Shown here piece after piece: positions 40,860 through 54,425 of a stretch of DNA of 64,000 nucleotides; position 1 is the first letter of the stretch, and each line of letters starts with the position of its first letter. Origin of the DNA: Eledone cirrhosa (lineage: Eukaryota); contig OZ024764.1 in assembly GCA_964016885.1 (NCBI GenBank), forward strand, positions 3,844,001-3,908,000, given 5' to 3'. The notes beneath the pieces were generated by a model that was not told the DNA's origin, did not search any database, and saw nothing but the letters and a program-made list of their open reading frames with translations. The position numbers were made by a program, and so were the translations under genes.

Positions 40860-41100
40860 GGCAAGATCTATAGTGTTCAGGATCTGTCCTTTGATGTCAT
40901 CTGCATATTTCAGTACTGCGGCATTCTTTAAGTTGGCATCTATGTCATTAATATATGCCACAAACAGAAGAGGACCAAGAACAGATCCCTGTGGTACACC
41001 AGATGACATCTCATACGGTGAGTAATGCTGTCCTAGAACCGTGACTACCTCTCTTCGACTGAGAATGAAGGACTTCAACCAGTTAAAAAGATCATCCTTA
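40860..41100 (-). mobile_element. CR1-group RT core fragment
   Basis: SGVPQGSVLGPLLFVAYINDI...KYADD. Confidence 0.88.
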
Positions 41101-41114
41101 GAAAAAGATCATCA

Positions 41115-41436
41115 GGCTTAGTGGTTAGAGCATTGGCCTTGCAATCGAAACATGAGTTCAATTCTCAGACCGGGTGATGTGTTGTTTCCTTGAGCAAGAC
41201 ACTTTATTTCACATTGCTCCAGTTTACTCAGCTGTAGAAATGAGATGATAGGGACTGGGGTCCCTATCATTCCACTGCAAAGTGGTCGTGGAGGTGCCAC
41301 GGCAAAAAAGCACCCAGCACTCACTGTAAATGAGGTTGGTGTTAGGAAGGGCATCCAGCTGTAGAAATCAAGCCAGAATCAGTTCCCGTCCCACCCTTGC
41401 AAGCAGGGAAAAGTGGAGGTAAAATGAAATGATGAT
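41115..41436 (+). mobile_element. SINE family A
   Basis: Homologous to 4484-4830. Confidence 0.9.
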
Positions 41437-41641
41437 ATAAACTTTGGCAAAGTTTATATACATTTTTTCTTCAAACTTGCATTTTAGACTTAGCTCCGTT
41501 TAATTAATTATTTGTCTAGTTAATTTCTACGGGCTAAGAAGAAAGACTAGGTAAATTTTATCTGGCTGTTCCTCAGAAGGGATAGTCTGTCATTTATCTA
41601 TTATTTCTTCAAAGTTACATTTTAAACTTAGCCCCGTTTAA

Positions 41642-42775
41642 CCCTTTAGCATTCACATTATTTTATAAATACTAATATATTTTCACAGTAAATGCTTTAC
41701 CTCACATAATATCTCACATAACATTTACATTACTCTATATATACTATTGTATTTTCACAGTAAAGACTTTACCTCACATAATATCTCACATAACATTTAC
41801 ATTACTCTATATATACTATTGTATTTTCACAGTAAATGCTTTACCTCACATAATATCTCACATAACATTTACATTACTCTATATATACTATTGTATTTTC
41901 ACAGTAAAGACTTTACCTCACATAATATCTCACATAACATTTACATTACTCTATATATACTATTGTATTTTCACAGTAAAGACTTTACCTCACATAATAT
42001 CTCACATAACATTTACATTACTCTATATATACCATTGTATTTTCACAGTAAATGCTTTACCTCACATAATATCTCACATAACATTTACATTACTCTATAT
42101 ATACTATTGTATTTTCACAGTAAAGGCTTTACCCCACATAATATCTCACATAACATTTACATTACTCTATATATACTATTGTATTTTCACAGTAAAGGCT
42201 TCACCTCACATAATATCTCACATAACATTTACATTACTCTATATATACTATTGTATTTTCACAGTAAAGGCTTTACCTCACATAATATCTCACATAACAT
42301 TTACATTACTCTATATATACTATTGTATTTTCACAGTAAAGGCTTTACCTCACATAATATCTCACATAACATTTACATTACTCTATATATACTATTGTAT
42401 TGTCACAGTAAAGGCTTTACCTCACATAATATCTCACATAACATTTACATTACTCTATATATACTATTGTATTTTCACAGTAAAGGCTTTACCTCACATA
42501 ATATCTCACATAACATTTACATTACTCTATATATACTATTGTATTGTCACAGTAAAGGCTTTTCCTCACATAATATCTCACATAACATTTACTTTACTCT
42601 ATATATACTATTGTATTTTCATGGTAAAGGCTTTATATCACATAATTATCTCACATAATATCGAATCTATGAGATTTTGAAAGTATTTATTTTGAGAACA
42701 ATACCTTAACATCAGTTTGAGTGACCAGTTACAACAAAGAGGTAGAGAATTATGGCTGGTTTGAACATTAAAGGG
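41642..42775. mobile_element. piggyBac-like MITE (TTAA|ccctttag...taaaggg|TTAA) with 72-bp array (~14 copies)
   Basis: TTAA at 41638-41641 and 42776-42779, CCC/GGG termini, short imperfect TIR; same 72-bp unit as 24.7-27.2 kb. Confidence 0.75.
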
Positions 42776-42868
42776 TTAAATGATTATTTATCAAGTTAAT
42801 TTCGACGGACTAAGGAGAAGAAAAATTGAATATATTTTGTCTGACGGTTCTTCAAATTTTATATATAC

Positions 42869-42921
<53 letters not shown>

Positions 42922-42930
42922 TTTAACTAT

Positions 42931-42997
42931 TTCATCTAATGATCGAGCTAGACGTTGCTGTAAAAATGTGTAGTTTCCTGAAACCTTTGGTAATGGA
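42931..42997 (+). ncRNA. Degenerate hammerhead motif
   Basis: ttcat CTAATGA ... GAAA cc ttt gg TA atgga; G5 mutated. Confidence 0.45.
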
Positions 42998-43144
42998 ATA
43001 ATTATATTGTGTTGTTTATTATATAATTAAATAGCTCTGTACTACACATAGAGCACTCTTCTTTCCTTTACCTTTTCTATGGAAATACTTAACATATATA
43101 TAGATATATATATATATACCACAACACCCAGTCCACATTTTAAA

Positions 43145-43618
43145 GTGGTCGTGTAGGTGTCACGACAAAAAAACACAGAGTCACGCTGTAATGTGGCCGT
43201 GTAGGTAACACGATAAAAACCTCCCAGTCCCACACTGTAAATGTGGTTGGTGTTAGGAAGGGCATCCAGCTGTAGAAAACCCGCCAGACAGTCCACGCTG
43301 TAATGTGGCCGTGTAAGCAACACGGTAAAAACCTCCCAGCCCCACACTGTAAATGTGGTTGGTGTTAAGAAGGACATCCAGCTGTAGAAAACCCGCCAGA
43401 TAGTCCACGCTGCAATGTGGCCGTGTAAGCAACACGGTAAAAACCTCCCAGCCCCACACTGTAAATGTGGTTGGTGTTAGGAAGGGCATCCAGCTGTAGA
43501 AAACCTGCCAGGTAGTCCTATAAGAGCGAGACACGGTCACCCGACCAATCTTGCCTCAAGTGGGACAACTCCCGTCTAACCCATGCTAGCGTGGAAGATG
43601 GACGTTAAACGAAGATGA
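43145..43618 (+). mobile_element. RTE 3' UTR with 112-bp internal triplication
   Basis: gtccacgctg recurs at 43291 and 43403. Confidence 0.8.
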
Positions 43619-44069
43619 TATATATATTCATCATCGTTTAATGTTCATCTTCCACACTAGATCATATATATGTGTGTGTGTGTATGTATATATATATATA
43701 TATATATCAGATATGATTGTGTTTACGTAAAGAGAGAGAATTTTATGAACGAACGGAAGTGATTAAAAGTTTCATTGAGAAATCAGTCCCCGTCCCCAAA
43801 CCATGTAACAGAGACTTATATTTTTCTTCTAACTTCTTCTTCTTACCTTCTACTCCCCTCCACCATACCAACCACCTCATCCCTCCACACCCACCGTCAC
43901 ACCGCCACCACCTTCCTCCACCACAGATTTTTGAGCTAAAAAAGGGAGGTAACTTTAAAAGCCAAAGCCACTATCTTCAGTGTGGAGTTTGGGTCAACTT
44001 TACTTATGGTCGTGAATCTTGGAAAACAACCGAAAAAATAAGCCCTAGAAATAATCATATATATGAATG

Positions 44070-44812
44070 AATTAATGAAATTATTGTGTATAGTGCTCAG
44101 GTGCACTACAACTCATCAACGGTGTATGTATGGTACATAGAATAATATACAAATGTCAGGAAAGTGAACAGTGTATGAGTCATGATATACATGTGTGTGT
44201 ATGTATGGAGGGGGAATATCGGGTTTAGTGTTGGCAAATTTCAGGAAGCATGGGGGTTTTAAAGGATGCAGTGTCTCGACAGCTAACAACTGATGCTGGT
44301 AGTTTGTTCCATGGAGGTTTTAAAGGATGCAGTGTCTCGACAGCTAACAACTGATGCTGGTAGTTTGTTCCATGGAGGTTTTAAAGGATGCAGTGTCTCG
44401 ACAGCTAACAACTGATGCTGGTAGTTTGTTCCATGGAGGTTTTAAAGGATGCAGTGTCTCGACAGCTAACAACTGATGCAGGTAGTTTGTTCCATGGAGG
44501 TTTTAAAGGATGCAGTGTCTCGACAGCTAACAACTGATGCTGGTAGTTTGTTCCATGGAGGTTTTAAAGGATGCAGTGTCTCGACAGCTAACAACTGATG
44601 CTGGTAGTTTGTTCCATGGAGGTTTTAAAGGATGCAGTGTCTCGACAGCTAACAACTGATGCAGGTAGTTTGTTCCATGGAGGTTTTAAAGGATGCAGTG
44701 TCTCGACAGCTAACAACTGATGCAGGTAGTTTGTTCCATGCTTCAGCAACTCTGAGCGTGAAAAATGTTTCCGAAACATATGTTGGCATGTCCACAGGTG
44801 TTAGACACATGG
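44070..44812 (-). mobile_element. CR1-group LINE 3' end with 61-bp tandem array (8 copies)
   Basis: Homologous to 57340-57828; the repeated unit encodes WNKLPASVVSCRDTASFKTSM. Confidence 0.88.
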
Positions 44813-44916
44813 AATTCAAAAAATATATATATAGTATAAAGACCCCATTTTGGTCACAAATGACCATGGGATTTTCAACTAGAATGTTGCTTCCCGAGGC
44901 ACAAGTCTGGACAAAG

Positions 44917-45092
44917 TGGTAGTAGTAGCAGCAGTGGTGGTGGTGGTAATGGTAGTAGTAGTAGTAGAAGTGGTGGTAGTAGTAGTAGTAGTGGTGGTAG
45001 TAGTAGAAGTGGTGGTAGTAGTAATGGTAGTAGTAGAAGTGGTGGTAGTAGTAGTAGTAGTGGTGGTAGTAGCAGTAGTAGTGGTGGTGGTA
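44917..45092. repeat. (GTA/GTG)n repeat
   Basis: Directly visible. Confidence 0.9.
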
Positions 45093-45320
45093 GATAATAA
45101 TTTCAATCTGTGATTCCAATTTTGATGAATAATAGATTGGGAGTGGTGACTGCAGTGTGTATATATATATATATATATATATACTTACATATATATATAT
45201 GTGTGTGTGTGTATACATATATATATATATCTATACACACATACATATACAGAGAGATAAGTAAAAAACCTTATCTCTGTACACACTCTGCATCACCTCA
45301 TGTATTGAGTACCACAGACA

Positions 45321-45355
<35 letters not shown>

Positions 45356-45356
45356 A

Positions 45357-45535
45357 AACAAAGGAGTTGTGGTATGGAACCAGATGGACCATAACCCGCC
45401 AGAGTACTCAATACTTAGGGTAGTAGAGTGGATAATAGGAAGATGTATGACTCCAACGGCTATTTCTGGTCTATTTAGTCCAGAAATAGCTGTCAAACGG
45501 CTTGAGCTCTGCTGTCGGGGTCTTACATCTTCCTA
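45357..45535. mobile_element. Family P palindromic element
   Basis: Homologous to 15856-16040. Confidence 0.65.
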
Positions 45536-45536
45536 T

Positions 45537-46135
45537 ATCATCATCATCATCATCATCAGGTTTAGCGTCCGTGTTCCACGCTTGCATGGGTTTGGACGGG
45601 GGTTTTCCCACTTGAGGCAAGATTGGTTGTCTTGCTCGCATAGGACTGTCTGGCAGGTTTTCTACAGCTGGATGCCCTTCCTAATACCAACCACATTTAC
45701 AGTGTGGGGCTGGGAGGTTTTTACCGTGTTGCCTACACGGCCACATTACAGCGTGGACTGTCTGGCGGGTTTTCTACAGCTGGATGCCCTTCCTAACACC
45801 AACCACATTTACAGTGTGGGACTGGGAGGTTTTTACCGTGTTGCCTACACGGCCACATTACAGCGTGGACTGTGTGTTTTTTGTCGTGACACCTACACGA
45901 TCTCATTTGTTTCGGCCTGGATGTTGTGGGACCAACATAACTTTACATTGAAAGGGGCGGTGTGGATGGGGTGGGGGTGGTGGGACGGGGGTGTGTTTTG
46001 ATAGAGATGCCTACTGACTGTAGTAGGTTTTTACTTTGTATTTAGGTAAGGCGGGTCTTCTCTATTACTGAGTACCGCCAAAGGTCTCGGTCCAGTGACA
46101 TTGTCTTGGAGAGGTGTAAGCGTGTGAGGTCGGAA
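45537..46135 (-). mobile_element. RTE 3' end with 112-bp internal duplication
   Basis: Reverse complement of 16185-16658. Confidence 0.8.
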
Positions 46136-46271
46136 TATATATATATATATATACACCCACACACTGATATATATATATATGTGTAAGTATATATATACAT
46201 ACACATATATATATATGTGAAAAAATATATATAAAGGAGAACAAACCGTTAAAACATGTTTATTTAAGACA

Positions 46272-46313
46272 GCACCTACGTACGTTTTGCCCGAAAAGGG
46301 TTTCTCAAGGGCA
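46272..46313 (-). ncRNA. Degenerate hammerhead with U3-A8 core variant
   Basis: tgccc TTGAGAA accc ttttc gggc aAAA cgtacg TA ggtgc. Confidence 0.35.
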
Positions 46314-46375
46314 TAAAAAACTAAAGAGTGTTCCTTAATATATATGTATGTTTGTATAAATATATATAAATACAT

Positions 46376-46575
46376 ATAGGAAAAGAGGCAGGACCCCGAC
46401 GGCTGAGCTCCGCCCGTTTCGACAGCTAAATCCGAACTGTTCGGATCTAGTTGTCGAAATGGGCGGAGCTCAGCCGTCGGGCTCCTGCCTCTTTTCCTAT
46501 TACCCACTCTACTACCCCAAGTATCGATAACTCTGGTGCCGTTATGGTCCATCTGGTTCCTTGCCACATCCAATC
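46376..46575. mobile_element. Family P palindromic element
   Basis: Fold-back 46377-46499 plus the shared tail. Confidence 0.65.
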
Positions 46576-46811
46576 TGATATATATATACATGTATGTATG
46601 TGCATATATGTGTGTATATATATGTATATATAGTCAGACAGGTAATACTTTATATACCTTATAAAACTTTTTTTTAAAAAGAATTATCCCTCTCTTTTTT
46701 TCAATAATGTTACTTTGATGAATCAAAGAAAGTATAAAAAAAGAAAAACAGACCCTTAAATATATTTTCCGTGCTATTTCCACCTTTTCTATACATATAT
46801 ATATATATATA

Positions 46812-47201
46812 TCATCATCATCATCACCGTTTTATGTCCGTTCTTCCACGCTAGCATGGGTTAGACGGGTTGTCCTGTTGTGGGCAGTGTCCGGTCGGCT
46901 GACCTTATCTTGCTCATATGGGAACTGATTCTGGCTTGATTTCTACAGCTGGATGCCCTTCCTAACACCAACCTCATTTACAGTGAGTGCTGGGTGCTTT
47001 TTTTGCCGTGGCACCTCCACGACCACTTTACAGTGGAATGATAGGGACCCCAGTCCCTATCATCTCATTTCTACAGCTGAGTAAACTGGAGCAATGTGAA
47101 ATAAAGTGTCTTGCTCAAGGAAACAACACATCACCCGGTCTGAGAATTGAACTCACAACCTTTCGATTGCAAGCGCAATGCTCTAACCCCTAAGCCATGT
47201 G

Positions 47202-47204
<3 letters not shown>
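46812..47204 (-). mobile_element. SINE family A with alternative tail
   Basis: Reverse complement of the 15436-15817 type. Confidence 0.88.
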
Positions 47205-47293
<89 letters not shown>

Positions 47294-47354
47294 TACACAC
47301 ATATATACACACACACACATACACCTGGAGTTATGACCGAGATAGTTTATGATC

Positions 47355-47474
47355 TGAGTTCAAATCCCGCCGAGGTTGACTTTGCCTTTCATCCTTACGG
47401 GGTCGATAAAATAAAAGTACCAGTAATGTACTGGGGTAATTGCTGGCCTTGTGCCTAAAGTAGAGACAATTATT
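47355..47474 (+). mobile_element. SINE family B fragment
   Basis: Homologous to 18228-18344. Confidence 0.7.
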
Positions 47475-48091
47475 AGTAATGGGAAAAGCAAACGGAGCCA
47501 TCGTTTCCTCGGTCAAATTTGACGGAAGTTGATCGACTGTCATACATCCCCAAGTTGATATGTGTATATGTGTGTGTGTATATGTATGTGTGTGTGTATA
47601 TGTATGTGTGTGTGTGTGTGTGTATGTGTGTTTGTGTGTATATATACATATATGTATATATATATATATATATATATACATGTGTGTGTGTATATATATA
47701 TGCGTGTGTGTATGTGTACATGTATATATGTGTTTGTATGTAGATGTGTGTGTGTGTATATGTATATATATATGTGTGTGTGTATATGTATATATATGTG
47801 TGTGTGTGTGTGTATATATATATACATACATGTGTGTGTGTGTGTGTGTATTATATATGTGTGTGTGTATATATATATATATGTGTGTATATATATATGT
47901 GTGTGTGTGTATATATATATATGTGTGTGTGTGTGTGTATATATATATATGTGTGTGTGTGTATGTATATATATATATATGTGTGTGTGTATATATATAT
48001 ATGTGTGTGTGTGTATATATATATATGTGTGTGTGTGTGTGTATATATGTATATATATATGTGTGTGTGTGTATATAATTATATATGTGTG

Positions 48092-48122
<31 letters not shown>

Positions 48123-48223
48123 ATGTATATATATATATATATATGTGTGTGTATGTGTATATATATATATGTGTGTGTGTATATATATATACATGTGTGT
48201 GTGTATATATATATACATGTGTG

Positions 48224-48256
<33 letters not shown>

Positions 48257-48387
48257 TGCCAGACAGAAAGGTAGACAATAACTCTGGAGCTAGAATGACT
48301 TGTCAGGAATTCTTCCTGAATTTGTCACATAGAAGTGATGGGGGGGGGGGGGGGGGGGGGGGACTAGGGTTGTTGGTGGGGGGGGGG

Positions 48388-49488
48388 TGACTATTGGTGG
48401 GGATGGTGGTGTTTGTAATGGTGGTGGTGGAGTGGAGTGACTATTGGTGAGGGATGGTGGTGGTGGTGGAGTGGAGTGACTATTGGTGGGGGATGGTGGT
48501 GGTGGTGGAGTGGAGTGACTATTGGTGGGGGATGGTGGTGGTGGTGGAGTGGAGTGACTATTGGTGGGGGATGGTGGTGTTTGTAATGGTGGTGGTGGTG
48601 GAGTGGAGTGACTATTGGTGGGGGATGGTGGTGTTTGTAATGGTGGTGGTGGTGGAGTGGAGTGACTATTGGTGGGGTATGGTGGTGTTTGTAATGGTGG
48701 TGGTGGTGGAGTGGAGTGACTATTGGTGGGGGATGGTGGTGTTTGTAATGGTGGTGGTGGTGGAGTGGAGTGACTATTGGTGGGGGATGGTGGTGTTTGT
48801 AATGGTGGTGGTGGTGGAGTGGAGTGACTATTGGTGGGGGATGGTGGTGTTTGTAATGGTGGTGGTGGTGGAGTGGAGTGACTATTGGTGGGGGATGGTG
48901 GTGTTTGTAATGGTGGTGGTGGTGGAGTGGAGTGACTATTGGTGGGGTATGGTGGTGGTGGTGGAGTGGAGTGACTATTGGTGGGGGATGGTGGTGTTTG
49001 TAATGGTGGTGGTGGTGGAGTGGAGTGACTATTGGTGGGGGATGGTGGTGTTTGTAATGGTGGTGGTGGAGTGGAGTGACTATTGGTGGGGATGGTGGTG
49101 GTGGTGGAGTGGAGTGACTATTGGTGGGGGATGGTGGTGTTTGTAATGGTGGTGGTGGTGGAGTGGAGTGACTATTGGTGGGGGATGGTGGTGTTTGTAA
49201 TGGTGGTGGTGGTGGAGTGGAGTGACTATTGGTGGGGGATGGTGGTGGTGGTGGAGTGGAGTGACTATTGGTGGGGGATGGTGGTGTTTGTAATGGTGGT
49301 GGTGGTGGAGTGGAGTGACTATTGGTGGGGTATGGTGGTGGTGGTGGAGTGGAGTGACTATTGGTGGGGGATGGTGGTGTTTGTAATGGTGGTGGTGGTG
49401 GAGTGGAGTGACTATTGGTGGGGGATGGTGGTGTTTGTAATGGTGGTGGTGGAGTGGAGTGACTATTGGTGGGGATGGTGGTGGTGGT
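48388..49488. repeat. G-rich 54/36-bp minisatellite
   Basis: Unit gagtggagtgactattggtgggggatggtggtg(tttgtaatggtggtggtg)gtg. Confidence 0.95.
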
Positions 49489-49554
49489 TTCATTGTGACA
49501 GTGATTGTGTAAGTATAGAGATTAAATATATATATATATATATTTTTATATACA

Positions 49555-49638
49555 TATATTTAAGTAACAGCCGTACTAAGAGTGGGAAATGAAACGAAAC
49601 TTCATTTCCCACTCTTAGTACGGCTGTTACTTAAATAT
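49555..49638. repeat. Perfect ~38-bp-arm inverted repeat
   Basis: atatttaagtaacagccgtactaagagtgggaaatgaa / ttcatttcccactcttagtacggctgttacttaaatat with loop acgaaac. Confidence 0.85.
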
Positions 49639-49845
49639 AAGTATGTATACGTACATACATATATGTATACAGACGTTACGTAGTATGTATATATATATAC
49701 ATACATGCACACATATATATATGTACGTATGGATTCACCGAACATTTATTATAATGCTCGGTGTGTTTGTAAACAAACATCCCGTATTAAGCCGTACAGT
49801 GTCTAGTAACTATCGTTGCTCATTTGTTCAACACTGACAAAGGAA

Positions 49846-49886
49846 CGCTGTACCAGTTTCAAGCTTATTAGCTATCATCAGCACTG
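49846..49886 (-). ncRNA. Minimal hammerhead motif (weak stem I)
   Basis: gtg CTGATGA t agct aata agct t GAAA ctgg TA cag. Confidence 0.55.
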
Positions 49887-49899
49887 TATACCTTCCTGC

Positions 49900-50085
49900 C
49901 TGGCAGTATCGGTAGAGGGTCGGACGCCATGCTTTGACGAATAGAGTTACGGACCTTGCCATTCTGAGTTCAAATCCCGCCTAGGTTAACTTTGCCTTCC
50001 ATTCTTACGGGGTCGATAAAATAAAGTACCAGTAATGCACTGGGATAATTGCTGGCCTTGTGCCAAATGTAGAAACAATTATATT
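49900..50085 (+). mobile_element. SINE family B, near full length
   Basis: A-box-like tggcagtatcgg, B box gagttcaaatc, Meta-like domain. Confidence 0.7.
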
Positions 50086-50147
50086 ATATATATATATATA
50101 TAGTGACGAAACATAAGTCAATTGCATGAACTCATAATCCTTTATTT

Positions 50148-50203
50148 ACTGCTATATATATTTCGATGATAGCCATTGAATGACTATGACCTCATCAGGC
50201 AGT
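50148..50203 (-). ncRNA. Minimal type-I hammerhead ribozyme
   Basis: actgc CTGATGA ggtcatagtcattcaatggctatcatc GAAA tatata TA^ gcagt then AATAAA; relative of 2960-3014. Confidence 0.75.
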
Positions 50204-50536
50204 TAGTCAGTTCTTAGATATGCCAGCTCTGGGTTTATAGTGTTGATGGTATCAGAGCCTTGGGACATATCATATATATATATATATATAATCCTGGTAT
50301 GTACATAAGCATTTCTAACTTTAATTTTATACCTAATTGTTTATGGTTGACCATATATTTAATCGATTCCCACGTGCTGTTGAAATGTTGGGTAAATATT
50401 CTATGGCGGTTGGCCGCGAAGAGATTGCTGTCGTTTATTTATCTACTATTTCTTCATAGGTGCCTTTTAATATTATAGCCCGGTCTGACTGATTTTTTGT
50501 GTGGTTAATTATGCTAATTGGGAGAGGAAATGGTGT

Positions 50537-50764
50537 ATCATCATCGTTTAACGTCCATCTTCCACGCTTGCATGGGTTTGGACGGGAATTTGATGCAAGA
50601 GTGGTTGTCTTGCTCGTATAGGACTGTCTGGCGGGTTTTTTTACAGCTGGATGCCCTTCCTAACACCAACCACGTTTACAGTGTGGACTGGGAGGTTTAT
50701 ACCGTGTTGCCTACACGGCCACATTACAGCGTGGAGTGTGTGTTTTTTGTCGTGACACCCACCT
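50537..50764 (-). mobile_element. RTE 3' UTR fragment
   Basis: Homologous to 16420-16658. Confidence 0.75.
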
Positions 50765-50969
50765 ATATATATATACATATATATATTATTATATATACAT
50801 ATATCATCATCACCGTTTTACGTCCGTTCTTCCATGCTAGCATACACATATATATACACACACATATATATATATATATATACACACACATATATATATA
50901 CATATACACACACATATATATATACATATACACACACATATATGTACATGTATATATATATATATATAT

Positions 50970-51243
<274 letters not shown>

Positions 51244-51399
51244 ATAAATGCTCTGAAATAGCGATATATATGTGAATATAGACATAGAATATTCGAAAAT
51301 ATTCTGTATGTTTACAATAAACATTTTGAAGACCTAATCGCTATAGAATAGAATACGTCACGTATTACAATTAGATTCTCGATAAAAGCAAGGGAAGTA

Positions 51400-51438
51400 A
51401 GTCTACGCGTTTCATTCTCGTTAGAAATCGTCAGGACT
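51400..51438 (-). ncRNA. Hammerhead ribozyme (also 51711-51749, 52022-52060, 52333-52371)
   Basis: Reverse complement of 52628-52666. Confidence 0.75.
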
Positions 51439-52627
51439 ACATATCCAGTGCTTTTATCGAGAATGACACAGCTAGAGACTTATAGAATACTTAGCTGTGT
51501 ACAGGAACTGGTTTGAAAGAGCGGTTGCCGGTCCGGCAGAAATTAGAAATTGGAATAAATGCTCTGAAATAGCGATATATATGTGAATATAGACATAGAA
51601 TATTCGAAAATATTCTGTATGTTTACAATAAACATTTTGAAGACCTAATCGCTATAGAATAGAATACGTCACGTATTACAATTAGATTCTCGATAAAAGC
51701 AAGGGAAGTAAGTCTACGCGTTTCATTCTCGTTAGAAATCGTCAGGACTACATATCCAGTGCTTTTATCGAGAATGACACAGCTAGAGACTTATAGAATA
51801 CTTAGCTGTGTACAGGAACTGGTTTGAAAGAGCGGTTGCCGGTCCGGCAGAAATTAGAAATTGGAATAAATGCTCTGAAATAGCGATATATATGTGAATA
51901 TAGACATAGAATATTCGAAAATATTCTGTATGTTTACAATAAACATTTTGAAGACCTAATCGCTATAGAATAGAATACGTCACGTATTACAATTAGATTC
52001 TCGATAAAAGCAAGGGAAGTAAGTCTACGCGTTTCATTCTCGTTAGAAATCGTCAGGACTACATATCCAGTGCTTTTATCGAGAATGACACAGCTAGAGA
52101 CTTATAGAATACTTAGCTGTGTACAGGAACTGGTTTGAAAGAGCGGTTGCCGGTCCGGCAGAAATTAGAAATTGGAATAAATGCTCTGAAATAGCGATAT
52201 ATATGTGAATATAGACATAGAATATTCGAAAATATTCTGTATGTTTACAATAAACATTTTGAAGACCTAATCGCTATAGAATAGAATACGTCACGTATTA
52301 CAATTAGATTCTCGATAAAAGCAAGGGAAGTAAGTCTACGCGTTTCATTCTCGTTAGAAATCGTCAGGACTACATATCCAGTGCTTTTATCGAGAATGAC
52401 ACAGCTAGAGACTTATAGAATACTTAGCTGTGTACAGGAACTGGTTTGAAAGAGCGTTTCGAATATTCTATGTCTATATTCACATATATATCGCTATTTC
52501 AGAGCATTTATTCCAATTTCTAATTTCTGCCGGACCGGCAACCGCTCTCTCAAACCAGTTCCTGTACACAGCTAAGTATTCTATAAGTCTCTAGCTGTGT
52601 CATTCTCGATAAAAGCACTGGATATGT

Positions 52628-52666
52628 AGTCCTGACGATTTCTAACGAGAATGAAACGCGTAGACT
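52628..52666 (+). ncRNA. Hammerhead ribozyme (also 52939-52977, 53250-53288)
   Basis: agtc CTGACGA t ttct aacg agaa t GAAA cgcg TA^ gact; palindromic stem III acgcgt. Confidence 0.75.
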
Positions 52667-53454
52667 TACTTCCCTTGCTTTTATCGAGAATCTAATTGTA
52701 ATACGTGACGTATTCTATTCTATAGCGATTAGGTCTTCAAAATGTTTATTGTAAACATACAGAATATTTTCGAATATTCTATGTCTATATTCACATATAT
52801 ATCGCTATTTCAGAGCATTTATTCCAATTTCTAATTTCTGCCGGACCGGCAACCGCTCTTTCAAACCAGTTCCTGTACACAGCTAAGTATTCTATAAGTC
52901 TCTAGCTGTGTCATTCTCGATAAAAGCACTGGATATGTAGTCCTGACGATTTCTAACGAGAATGAAACGCGTAGACTTACTTCCCTTGCTTTTATCGAGA
53001 ATCTAATTGTAATACGTGACGTATTCTATTCTATAGCGATTAGGTCTTCAAAATGTTTATTGTAAACATACAGAATATTTTCGAATATTCTATGTCTATA
53101 TTCACATATATATCGCTATTTCAGAGCATTTATTCCAATTTCTAATTTCTGCCGGACCGGCAACCGCTCTTTCAAACCAGTTCCTGTACACAGCTAAGTA
53201 TTCTATAAGTCTCTAGCTGTGTCATTCTCGATAAAAGCACTGGATATGTAGTCCTGACGATTTCTAACGAGAATGAAACGCGTAGACTTACTTCCCTTGC
53301 TTTTATCGAGAATCTAATTGTAATACGTGACGTATTCTATTCTATAGCGATTAGGTCTTCAAAATGTTTATTGTAAACATACAGAATATTTTCGAATATT
53401 CTATGTCTATATTCATATATATATATGTATATATATGTTTCTATACGTGAACAC

Positions 53455-54425
53455 ACATGGCCTAGTGGTAAGGGTGTGGAACTTACCATCATAATGTCGT
53501 GGGTTCGATTCCTGGGTTGGGTGTTGTGTTCTTGAGCAAGACACTTCATTTCACGTTGCTCCGGTATACTCAGCTGAAAATAAGTACCAGTAATAGCTGG
53601 AGGTTTAACCCTGTGATGGACTGGCGTCCTGTCCAGGGGGAAGTCTTGTACTCTTCATCACTTCACACCATGAAACCAGGATAAGTACCAGCAATAGCTG
53701 GGGGTTTAACCCTGTGATGGACTGGTGTCCTGTCCAGGGGGAAGTCTTGTACTCTCCATCACTTCACACCATAAAACCAGGATAAGAACCAGCAACAGCT
53801 GGGGGTTTAACCCTGTGATGGACTGGTGTCCTGTCCAGGGGTAAGTCTTGTACTCTCCATCACTTCACACCATGAAACCAGGATAAGTACCAGCAATAGC
53901 TGGGGGTTTAACCCTGTGATGGACTGGTGTCCTGTCCAGGGGGAAGTCTTGTACTCTCCATCACTTCACACCATGAAACCAGGATAAGAACCAGCAACAG
54001 CTGGGGGTTTAACCCTGTGATGGACTGGTGTCCTGTCCAGGGGGAAGTCTTGTACTCTCCATCACTTCACACCATGAAACCAGGATAAGAACCAGCAACA
54101 GCTGGGGGTTTAACCCTGTGATGGACTGGTGTCCTGTCCAGGGGGAAGTCTTGTACTCTCCATCACTTCACACCATAAAACCAGGATAAGAACCAGCAAC
54201 AGCTGGGGGTTTAACCCTGTGATGGACTGGTGTCCTGTCCAGGGGGAAGTCTTGTACTCTCCATCACTTCACACCATGAAACCAGGATAAGTACCAGCAA
54301 TAGCTGGGGGTTTAACCCTGTGATGGACTGGTGTCCTGTCCAGGGGGAAGTCTTGTACTCTCCATCACTTCACACCATGAAACCAGGATAAACACCAGCT
54401 AAATGAGCCTTCTGGCTTAAGACGG
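53455..54425 (+). mobile_element. tRNA-derived SINE (family C) whose 3' body is amplified as a 101-bp tandem (~8 copies)
   Basis: A box tggcctagtgg, B box ggttcgattcc, cttgagcaagacact core; ccctgtgatggactgg at 53609, 53710, 53811 and onward. Confidence 0.85.

Noticed and set aside
48454-49592. Trp/Val-rich repeat protein ORFs
   Set aside because: G-rich minisatellite with unit lengths divisible by 3 and an internal frameshift.
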